From: Macrostomum lignano
Lineage: Eukaryota
Direction of reading: 5' to 3'
NCBI GenBank assembly: GCA_002269645.1
Contig: NIVC01000946.1
Location: 186,001 to 250,000, forward strand
DNA: 64,000 nucleotides
Shown: positions 24,401-36,400 of the stretch, piece after piece
How the letters are laid out: each line of letters opens with the position of its first letter
How positions within the stretch are numbered: position 1 is the first letter of the stretch
Position numbers and translations under genes: made by a program
The notes under the pieces: generated by a model
What the model was told of the DNA's origin: nothing
The model's database searches: none
What the model saw: only the letters and a program-made list of their open reading frames with translations

Positions 24401-27400
24401 TAGAATTTCTGCTGTATAGATGTTTCTATCTTCTTAAACAGGAAGTGTGGAACTTCACTATCTTCCCCCCCCCCCACATGGCACTGTGGGCAGGTCCTGT
24501 TCTCGTAAGGGATCTTTGCTTTCGCAGTCCTCATTGCCTCGCAGGCCAGTTTTTGGATTGCTAGTCTAAACTGTGACAGGGTGCACTTTAGTTCTGGATT
24601 GGAAACTTATAGGACATGCTTTTCGGTTGAGTAGTGCCTACATGTCATGAATTAGAATGTCACATTCTCATCCAATCCGCAGCACAATTTTGCTGGCCAA
24701 CAAAACGACGAGATCGCGCTCCGGTTCGACCTGCCAGTCCCGATATTGGCCAAGCTGGTCAGATTCGTGCCAACCAAGTTTGTGAACTCGCTGGCTCTGC
24801 GACTGGAGATTCTCGGCTATCCAGAGGGTGAGGTCCACCTCCCTGCCTGGTCTGATTCAATGTACACTCAGTGAATGTACTGACCAACGGTCTTGGGTAG
24901 AGCAGGTGCAGGCGAACTCCGGCCCGTGGGCCACATGCAGCTCGCAAAGCCTCTCTATCCGGCCCGAGGGTCCTTTGAAACTTCACAATAGCAATCCGAC
25001 CCGCTCAAGATTCGTGTCTCTTGTCAGATCTCTTCTCTTTAATCTCCTCTCTCTTCTCTCCTCTCTCCTCTCTCTTTTCTCTTCTCTTCTCTCCTCTCTC
25101 CTCTCTCTTCTCTCTTTTCTCTCCTCTCTTCTCTCTTCTCTCTCTTCTCTTCTCTCCTCTCTCCTCTCTCTTCTCTCTTTTCTCTCCTCTCTCTTCTCTT
25201 CTCTCCTCTCTCCTCTCTCTTCTCTCTTCTCTTCTCTCCTCTCTTCTCTCTTCTCTCTTCTCTCTCTCCTCTTCTCTCCTCTCTCTTCTCTCTTCTCTTC
25301 TCTCCTCTCTCCTCTCTCTTCTCTCCTCTCTCCTCTCTCCTCTCTTCTCTCTTCTCTCTCTTCTCTTCTCTCCTCTCTTCTCTCTTCTCTCTCTTCTCTT
25401 CTCTCCTCTCTTCTCTCTCTTCTCTCTTCTCTTCTCTCCTCTCTTCTCTCTTCTCTCTCTTCTCTTCTCTCCTCTCTTCTCTCTTCTCTCTCTTCTCTTC
25501 TCTCCTCTCTTCTCTCTTCTCTCTCTTCTCTTCTCTCCTCTCTTCTCTCTTCTCTCTCTCCTCTTCTCTCCTCTCTCTTCTCTCTTCTCTTCTCTCCTCT
25601 CTTCTCTCTTCTCTCTCTTCTCTTCTCTCCTCTCTTCTCTCTTCTCTCTCTTCTCTTCTCTCCTCTCTTCTCTCTCTTCTCTCTTCTCTTCTCTCCTCTC
25701 TTCTCTCTTCTCTCTCTTCTCTCCTCTCTTCTCTCTTCTCTCTCTTCTCTTCTCTCCTCTCTTCTCTCTTCTCTCTCTCCTCTTCTCTCCTCTCTCTTCT
25801 CTCTTCTCTTCTCTCCTCTCTTCTCTCTTCTCTCTCTTCTCTTCTCTCCTCTCTTCTCTCTTCTCTCTCTCCTCTTCTCTCCTCTCTCTTCTCTCTTCTC
25901 TTCTCTCCTCTCTCCTCTCTCTTCTCTCTTCTCTTCTCTCCTCTCTTCTCTCTTCTCTTCTCTCCTCTCTCCTCTCTTCTCTCTTCTCTCTCTTCTCTTC
26001 TCTCCTCTCTCCTCTCTCTTTTCTCTTCTCTTCTCTCTCCTCTCCTCTCTCCTTTCCTATTTTATCTCTCCTCTATTCTCATTTATTTCCTCGCCTCTCC
26101 TTTATCTTCTTTCTCTTCTCTCTTCTCTATTACTTCTCCTCTCCTGCCGACCTCTAGGGTAGAGAAAAAACACAAAGACACCTCCGGTGCCCTAATCAGT
26201 GTACAATAACGAATTTACGCTTGACTAAAGGGACAGAGAGAATCCGTATTGGCTTTCTTCAGTGTACTTAAACCCCCCCAATGCGGATCGCTTTTAAAGA
26301 CCTCGAAATAATATTTAAATCAGCAGAAGCTACCCCTCTAGCATAGTGACACAGAAGATAAGCAACATCATAGGTGATTCAAAAACGCATGAAGGAAAGC
26401 CTACTCAAGTATGGACAATTGCCGTCTCTCGTTAGTGGTGGTATGCATACCTCATGATCAAAGGGTAGAGTCTCGGGTGTCGATAGAATTCATAATTCCT
26501 TTCCAGATTGCCCGGTTGTTCCGTCGGATCACGTGACTAGCCAGTCGGCGAGCGGGCAGACAGTCAGTCTGCAATTGAAAAGGTACTTTTGGCTAACGGG
26601 ATTTCAGCTGCCAGCGAGTGGCGGAGACACAGCGGCGGCCGTTCTACTGCAGTACAGAAACCTGAGAAATAGCAGCTTGACAAACCTCACTGTCAATGGA
26701 GTGCCTTATGTGAGTCAAAGCATAGCACAGGGGTCGGCAAACTACGGCCCGCTCAATATCTCTTCTCAGCTCTCTTACCTCCACTCTCCTCTCTTCTATC
26801 TCCCTGTCTCTTCTCTCATCTCCTCTCTCGCCTTTCCTCTCTCCTCTCCACTATTTCCCCTCTTTTCCTCTCTCATCTGGCCCACAGTCATTAGCTAGGC
26901 TCTTATCTTGCGGCTTGCCAACCCCTGCCATAGTGTCAATATTAAATCGTGTCTTTCTTCGACGCCCCAGGTATTCAAGCTGATCTATGGACTCAACCAG
27001 TCGTTTCCAAGATCGGTACTCACCAATGAGCTGCATCTGATATTTTTGAATAGTTCGACGCCAGCGTCTACCGGTGTTAGCATTCGAGGCTGCCTTCAGT
27101 ACGAAGGTGAGCACTGGGAGAGGCACGGGTCAATCTGGCAATGCTGTTCCCTCACTTGAAGTATGCTCATAGGAGTATTGTATTGAATATAGTAGTACGT
27201 GCATGAAAGTAAACAAAATGGATTGCTAATCTATCCGATATGCACGTGGGCAGAGCACCACGAGAACCAACCCCAAGGCACAGAGAGTGTACATGCCTGA
27301 GAGTGTACATGCCTGAGAGTGTACATGCCTGAGAGTGTACATGCCTGAGAGTGAACATGCCTGAGAGTGAACTTGCCTGAGAGTGTACATGCCTGAGAGT

Positions 27401-30400
27401 GTACATGCCTGAGAGTGTACATGCCTGAGAGTGTACATGCCTGAGAGTGTACATGCCTGAGAGTGTACATGCCTGAGAGTGTACATGCCTGAGAGTGTAC
27501 ATGCCTGAGAGTGTACATGCCTGAGAGTGTACATGCCTGAGAGTGTACATGCCTGAGAGTGTACATGCCTGAGAGTGTACATGCCTGAGAGTGTACATGC
27601 CTGAGAGTGTACATGCCTGAGAGTGTACATGCCTGAGAGTGTACATGCCTGAGAGTGTACATGCCTGAGAGTGTACATGCCTGAGAGTGTACATGCCTGA
27701 GAGTGTACATGCCTGAGAGTGTACATGCCTGAGAGTGTACATGCCTGAGAGTGTACATGCCTGAGAGTGTACATGCCTGAGAGTGTACATGCCTGAGAGT
27801 GTACATGCCTGAGAGTGTACATGCCTGAGAGTGTACATGCCTGAGAGTGTACATGCCTGAGAGTGTACATGCCTGAGAGTGTACATGCCTGAGAGTGTAC
27901 ATGCCTGAGAGTGTACATGCCTGAGAGTGTACATGCCTGAGAGTGTACATGCCTGAGAGTGTACATGCCTGAGAGTGTACATGCCTGAGAGTGTACATGC
28001 CTGAGAGTGTACATGCCTGAGAGTGTACATGCCTGAGAGTGTACATGCCTGAGAGTGTACATGCCTGAGAGTGTACATGCCTGAGAGTGTACATGCCTGA
28101 GAGTGTACATGCCTGAGAGTGTACATGCCAGACGATTAGAAAGTCAGGGCCGCTGTACACCCTGCGTGAGCGTGTGCGTGCCTGCGTACAGTATTGGCGC
28201 GATTGCATGCGCTCAGCAGTCAGCGGAATGAGCAGAATTGCCGTCAGCGCTGGTTGTGCTGGACGATGTCGCCGAAGGCGTCGCAATTACGGCCGAGGCC
28301 ACCCACCCAACCTCCTGCCAGACTGTCCGTTCGGCTTCTTCCGGCACAAGTTCAGCTGCTTCTGGGCGCCCATGCCGCTGAACAGCACCAAGCAGTACCC
28401 GCACACGGTGGCGCCTCCCCTGGTGGCCAAATCCATTTGCGAATCGATTTCCTGGAACGGCAGCGGCCACCTGGCCAGCCCGAGAAGCATTGCCGAGCAG
28501 CAGCTGTTCTACTACCTGTTTTACCATGCTGCCGATGGGTGAGACTGTGCTCAAATTCTGGCTGCTCAATACCTGCTGAACCTTACTTTAGATTTGAATT
28601 AAAAATAGTCGTAGAACATCAGCCACCCAATGAACTATACGAGCTACCATTCTATCGTTAATTGTACCCAATGACCTACCATCCTACCATTAAATGCACC
28701 CAATGACCTACCATCCTACCATTAAATGCACCCAATGACCTACCATCCTACCATCAAGTGTACCCAATGACCTACCATCCTATCATCAAGTGTACCCAAT
28801 GACCTACCATCCTACCATTAAATGCACCCAATGACCTACCATCCTACCATTAAATGCACCCAATGACCTACCATCCTATCATCAAGTGTACCCAATGTCC
28901 TACCATCCTACCATTAAATGCACCCAATGACCTACCATCCTACCATTAAATGCACTTTCTTGTTACTATGCAACTCAACATCTCGATAATCCAGCAGTCA
29001 GAGTCAGCACAAATTTGTGCACATCGACGGCCGCTGGAACGGAACATCCGGCCGCTGGGAATGGTGGGACGGCAGCCCGGTTACCTGGTCATTCTGGCAG
29101 CACAGCTATCCGGGAAAGCAGTGCCTCATGATGTCGCTGGCCAATGGTGGAGCCTGGAACAATATTCAGTGCGACACCTACCTGGCCGCATATCCATTCC
29201 TGTGCGAGGTGGCGGCCTTGAGCACGGGCTACAGCCAAGTGGCCTCGCCAATCAGCATCGTTGGCGCTCCAGTCAACACTTCTCAGGTACTAATGTGCTC
29301 CTCACAAACAGCACCCCACAAACAGCAACCCACAAACAGCACCTCACAAACAGCACCTAACAAACAGCACCTCACAAACAGCACCCCACAAACAGCACCC
29401 CACAAACAGCAACCCACAAACAGCACCTCACAAACAGCACCTCACAAACAGCACCTCACAAACAGCACCCCACAAACAGCACCTCACAAACAGCACCTCA
29501 CAAACAGCACCCCACAAACAGCACCTCACAAACAGCACCTCACAAACAGCACCTCACAAACAGCACCTCACAAACAGCACCCCACAAACAGCAACCCACA
29601 AACAGCACCCCACAAACAGCACCTCACAAACAGCACCTCACAAACAAACAGCACCCCACAAACAGCACCCCACAAACAGCACCCCACAAACAGCACCCTA
29701 CAAACAGCACCCCACAAACAGCACCTCACAAACAGCACCCCACAAACAGCACCCCACAAACAGCACCCCACAAACAGCACCTCACAAACAGCCATCCAAC
29801 CCCCCCGCACTTCCTCACCCGACAGATCCGCTCCACCTCCGGCCCCATCGGAGCCGCAAACGACGGCGACTTCACCCAGGACTGGGCGCTGCGGCCCGGC
29901 CTGTCGCTGGAGTACGCCTACGGGCCCAGCAACTACGATTGGTGGCGAGTGCAGCTGCCTGCCAGCCCCGGCCGGGTGGCCTTCGTCTGGCACTACCTGA
30001 GATCGGATGCTAACGGTGCGTGCTGAGCCTGCTGTCAGTCAAATGTAATGTGATGAGACAGCTCAGCCAGAGGCTTGGCTTGTCGTCCAATTTTCTAACA
30101 TGAGGTCCAAGGCGCTGAGAGTGTACATGCTTGACGATAGGAAAGTCAGGGTTGCTTTACACCCTGTGTAAGCGTGTACCTGCGTACATATCCCTGCGTG
30201 TTCGGTGGTCGGAATTGTTGAATCCCAAGGCTCAAGATGGGGGGACACGCTGAGACGCCAGTGCACAAGTCGAGGGTTAGGGTCAGGCCATTGAGAGGAT
30301 GCTGATTGATGTCTTAGCCTACAAAGCTTCTTGATATCAGGGCCAATACCTGTCTGCTATAGAAACCCTACGACTTTCCAAGACACTGTCAAATAACACT

Positions 30401-33400
30401 TACAAATAACTATAGTGAGTTATTTTATATACAAGGCTTCCTACAGGCAGAGCTATTTTCAATATTTTTTGAAGAACTCTAAATTCCGACAAAATGTCTT
30501 TTTGCAGAGAATTTCAAAGATTATGAGTGCTGGCTATCTGACACTGCAGCTGACAACCCCTTCTTGTCAGCAATGCCCAACAGCTTCTTCTGTCAGGCAT
30601 CGCTGGGCACCTACAGTCCCGGCGGGGTCATTGAGTACACCTGCGATTGGTTCGGCAGGTTTCTGACTGTGCGCAGGCGCCGCATCAGCTGCTGCTTCGG
30701 AGCCAGCGAGATCCTTGTGTACAGAGTGCAATGTGAGTGCGGGAGATAGATTAGCAATCCACTTTGCTTATTCATTCATCTAGGCTAGATTAGCAATCCA
30801 CTTTGCTTATTTATTCATTTTGGCTAGATTAGCAATCCACTTTGCTTATTCATTCATCTAGGCTAGATTAGCAATCCATTTTGCTTATTCATTAATCTAG
30901 GCTAGATTAGCAATCCATTTTTCTTATTCTTCATATAAGCTAGATTAGCAATCCGCGGTATAAGCTACCCAGACTAAAGTACAAGTACTTCACAATCCTG
31001 TTTACAGACGCCGAGTCCCCGAGGCCGCCGCAGAAGCTGTCAGTGAAGCGAAGCAACATTTATCCCAGCCTTAATTATCTCAACAGCGAGTCAGCCGTGA
31101 GCCTCATCAGGCTGCTCAGATTCTGCGACCAGCAGCTGCCAGCCGCCTGCGCCTCCGTTGCCGTCGCCTCCTTGAAAGCAACTCGATTCAGCGACGCCAA
31201 CGCGACAGACTTCGAGACCGCCATGTTAAACTTTGACAGCAACACGGACTGCTTGTTGCAGCGGATGCCGTATAGTGAGGATTCCCCCGCTCTGGGAGTC
31301 CCCTGCTATGGGAATTCCCTGATATGGGAATCCCCTGCTATGAGAATCACCTGATATGGGAATCCCCTGCTTTGGGAATCCCCTGCCATGGGAATATCCT
31401 GCTATGGGAATCCCCCGCTCTTGGAATCCCCTGCTATATGAATCCCCTGCTATGTGAATCCCCCGCTCTTGGAATCCCCTGCTATTGGAATCCCTTGCTA
31501 TGGGAATCCCCCGCTCTGGGAATCCCCTGCTATTGGAATCCTCCACATTTTATGACACCCTATGCTCCAGAGTAGCGAGCTTATGAAATCCATTGAAAGT
31601 CATTTTGGGATCTTCTAGCCTTATGAATTTTTCATTATACAGGGATTTTTGGAATTAACTTTTAGTTAAATTGGCAATTAATTGGGAATCCCGATAAGCC
31701 AGATTTGCCTTTTTGTGGATTTCCTCAGTTCTTCAGTATAATCGTTGCCCTGGTTGCTTCTACTGATTCAAAAATGAAAATTTCAGACCCGCAAAATGAC
31801 TGGCCCCTCATCAGCGGGGTCGACAGTCTGACCAGCGCCTCGCTGACGTCCAAGTCGGAGAGTTTTCTGTACACCGCCAGGAGCGCTTCCTACCGGGTGC
31901 AGTCTTTCTGTGAGTGCAATCCGAGACGATTTGTTCGCTGTTATCGAATACATGTACTTCTGTATGCACTGGCGTACTATTATTAAGTAATGTATTTTTT
32001 AATTACCTACACACAATCTCGTATCTCCCAGCGGGGATCTCTAATTTCCCAGCGGGGATCTCTTATCTCCCAGCGGGGATCTCGTATCTCCCAGCGGGGA
32101 TCCCGTATCTCCCAGCCGGAATCTCTTATCTCCCAGCGAGGATCTCTTATCTCCCAGCGGGGATCTCGTATTTCCCAGCGGGGATCTCTTATCTCCCAGC
32201 GGGGATCTCGTATCTTTCAGCGGGGATCTCTTATCTCCCAGCGGGGATCCCGTATCTCCCAGCCGGAATCTCTTATCTCCCAGCGAGGATCTCGTATCTC
32301 CCAGCGGGGATCTCTAATTTCCCAGCGGGGATCTCTTATCTCCCAGCGGGGATCTCGTATCTCCCAGCGGGGATCTCTTATCTCCCAGCGGGGATTCCGT
32401 ATCTCCCAGCGGGGATCTCTTATCTCCCAGCGGGGATCCCGTATCTCCCAGCCGGAATCTCTTATCTCCCAGCGAGGATCTCGTATCTCCCAGCGGGGAT
32501 CTCTAATTTCCCAGCGGGGATCTCTTATCTCCCAGCGGGGATCTCGTATCTCCCAGCGGGGATCCCGTATCTCCCAGCCGGAATCTCTTATCTCCCAGCG
32601 AGGATCTCTTATCTCCCAGCGGGGATCTCGTATTTCCCAGCGGGGATCTCTTATCTCCCAGCGGGGATCTCGTATCTCCCAGCGGGGATCTCTTATCTCC
32701 CAGCGGGGATCCCGTATCTCCCAGCCGGAATCTCTTATCTCCCAGCGAGGATCTCTTATCTCCCAGCGGGGATCCCGTATCTCCCAGCCGGAATCTCTTA
32801 TCTCCCAGCGAGGATCTCGTATCTCCCAGCGGGGATCTCTAATTTCCCAGCGGGGATCTCTTATCTCCCAGCGGGGATCTCGTATCTCCCAGCGGGGATC
32901 TCTTATCTCCCAGCGGGGATTCCGTATCTCCCAGCGGGGATCTCTTATCTCCCAGCGGGGATCCCGTATCTCCCAGCCGGAATCTCTTATCTCCCAGCGA
33001 GTATCTCTTATCTCCCAGCGGGGATCCCGTATCTCCCAGCCGGAATCTCTTATCTCCCAGCGAGGATCTCGTATCTCCCAGCGGGGATCTCTAATTTCCC
33101 AGCGGGGATCTCTTATCTCCCAGCGGGGATCTCGTATCTCCCAGCGGGGATCCCGTATCTCCCAGCCGGAATCTCTTATCTCCCAGCGAGGATCTCGTAT
33201 CTCCCAGCGGGGATCTCTAATTTCCCAGCGGGGATCTCTTATCTCCCAGCGGGGATCTCGTATCTCCCAGCGGGGATCTCTTTTCTCCCAGCGGGGATCC
33301 CGTATCTCCCAGCCGGAATCTCTTATCTCCCAGCGAGGATCTCGTATCTCCCAGCGGGGATCTCTTATCTCCCAGTGGGGATCTCGAATCTCCCAATAGG

Positions 33401-36400
33401 GATCTCGTATCTCCCAGCGGGGATCTCGTATCTCCCAATGGGGATCTTGTATCTCCCAGTAGAAATATCGTATCCCCCAGCGGGGATCTGACCCTGATTA
33501 CCGACCTGCAGTCTGTACACCAGCTGTGTTTCTCATTGCCTTCACAAACTCCACAGCACCGGACGGCCTGAACCCGGACCCCAGAGCGGCCCAAGTGGCC
33601 GTGTGGCCGCTGGACAATGGCACAGCGGGTGCCAATGCAACTGAGCCGCACGGCCTGCTGTACCGCGGGCTGGTCAGCCCCAATGCCAGCTGGGTGTTTG
33701 GCCCCACCTACAAGACGGGCGGCGGGCTCTACCTGTCCGAGGTCTCGAACTCGAGCCTGCTAGCACCGGGAGGCGTCGCGTTAAACCTCGACTCCCCGGT
33801 GTACACCTTGTGCATGTACTTTTACGTGAACGCCACGTACAATTTTGCCAGCCCATTGCTGCAGTCAACCAACGGCAGTCTGCAGTTCCGAATGACCAGC
33901 CTGGTTGGTTTCGAGCTGAGAGTTCGCCGCCGCTCCGGGCAGTTCGCCACGCTGACTGGCAGTTTCGTGTTCGACCTGCTGTGGCGATTCGTGTGCATCA
34001 CGGTTGACACGGCGGCTGGCAGGCTGCAGATCCTGGACAGGATTAGAATTGAGTTCTCAGCCTCTGTTGCCAACTCCAGCGCCGACCCCATGGAGACAAT
34101 TCACGGGTGAGCGAAGTCCTTCCTGGTGAAAGTTTTTTTGCATTTTCTCAGTATCTCAGCTTCTGGACTTCTCAATTAAAATTGAGAAAGTTTGTCTAGA
34201 TACTCGTAAAATGACCTAAAGAGACAGTAACCGCTTATATTTCGCGAGAAATTTGCTTCTTTGTTCGTCTCATAAAAATTTGCTAAACAGAGTTGTGAAA
34301 TCATCCTCAGCTAAAACTCATATTTATCTAGACTGCTTAATTGATTTGTACTGGTAGCTTTGGTCATTATTCTGCAGTTGGTCCTCAATGTACTTTTGCC
34401 CATATCCAAAATTTCATCACGTGGCTGCTTTCTCATCTTTATGATCCATCCAATTAGTCTGAATCCATCTTGATTTATCTGTATCCGTTGGTGCGAGTAA
34501 ATTCCGCGACCTCCAAGTAGTCACTGCTGCGGCTGGAACAAGCATCGGGATGGTGCGCTGGCTCATCTGGGCGGCGCCAGGGACCGCAAAGCACCACAGA
34601 GGCAAACTTGGGGTCGGGACACTGAACTGCCCGCACTCCCAAGGCCGCCTGGCGGAGAGGAGCTTAAGGTCGAGCTAGTGCTCGACCTTAGCTATGACGT
34701 GATCGAGCTGCAGGAGGCGTCTATCAAGGCTGATCCGGGACTTCTGTGTGAGCATCTTGGCGCTGGACAGACACCCTACTAGACATCGGTGAACCAGAGA
34801 GGCCGTGAAGGAGTTGGAATGCTGATACGATCAGGCTTCAGCAGAGCTGTTGCTGGGTTTCCCTGTCCCCCGGCTACTTCGGGTCGACATCCGGCTTCGT
34901 GGAGGGAACGCTTGCCTGCTCTGAGCGTATGCATCCCCTGCCACTCGTCCTGTTGAGGCTCAAGACTTCTTCGAGCAGCTCTCGGTGCGCGTGAAGGTTA
35001 AAGCGCAGCGCAGACCTGAACACGATTATGTAGAGAACGGCAACACCGGAGCGCTGGAGGACCGCCACGCCGTCAACTGCCGCGCCATCACGTCGCTGGG
35101 TCTGCGGTGCGATCATCGACTCCTCCTCAGCGATATTTGCCTTCGCGATACGGTCCGCCGAAGGCGCTACTACCGCATTGCTAGCGCTCTCATTACTGCG
35201 CTCGGCCGTGGAAGTCAGCCTGCTGTACAACGTTGAGACATGGACCTGACGAACTCGCTCAAGCAACAAGTAGACGCGGCGCACGCTTGCAGGCCTGCTG
35301 CACGCCGCATTCAAGAGCGAGTTTCCAACGCTGCACGGTGCACTGCATCGCTGCACCGGCCTGGTCCGTCCAAGCGATCTGTTGCGCTATAGGCGACTCC
35401 AGCTGGGAGACCCCATCATCCGCGCCGAGTCGTACTGCCTGCAGCCGGCGCATGAGGGGTTGACAGCACGCATTTGGCGTTTCTTCGACTGCTTGCTGCT
35501 GGCGCTGTCGCCGGCGCTCCGGCGGGTCCTTCATTGGCGACTTGGCCCAGAGGCGCGCCCTGCGATGCTGCTTTCTAAAGACCCCGACAACGTATTTTAG
35601 TGCTGTTAGCTAGCCAATAAGAATTCAGAAGTAAAAAGAGACACTACTGAACTGGCAGTAGCTTACTAGCGTATTATTGTGCTTCTCAGTTATAGTGATA
35701 TTTTTCTGCTTTTCTATTAACCTTCTTTTAAGACAGTGCATTCTGTACGAACAGCTAGCTTAGCCATACAGTATCTTATGTATAGAAATACCCCACCACT
35801 CAAAATATTGCAGCCAGCAGCTCCTGTTCGGCAATGGCAGCTCATTCCACCTGTTCTGCGTGCAGCTGTACAAGATGGCATTCACCACGCCTCTGGCGCA
35901 CTGGGCCTACAGGGAGTGCGCACCATACACCAAGTGTAGGTGACGGAATGGACGGAAGGCACAGAGAGTGTACATGCCTGAGAGTGTACATGCCTGAGAG
36001 TGTACATGCCTGAGAGTGTACATGCCTGAGAGTGTACATGCCTGAGAGTGTACATGCCTGAGAGTGTACATGCCTGAGAGTGTACATGCCTGAGAGTGTA
36101 CATGCCTGAGAGTGTACATGCCTGAGAGTGTACATGCCTGAGAGTGTACATGCCTGAGAGTGTACATGCCTGAGAGTGTACATGCCTGAGAGTGTACATG
36201 CCTGAGAGTGTACATGCCTGAGAGTGTACATGCCTGAGAGTGTACATGCCTGAGAGTGTACATGCCTGAGAGTGTACATGCCTGAGAGTGTACATGCCTG
36301 AGAGTGTACATGCCTGAGAGTGTACATGCCTGAGAGTGTACATGCCTGAGAGTGTACATGCCTGAGAGTGTACATGCCTGAGAGTGTACATGCCTGAGAG

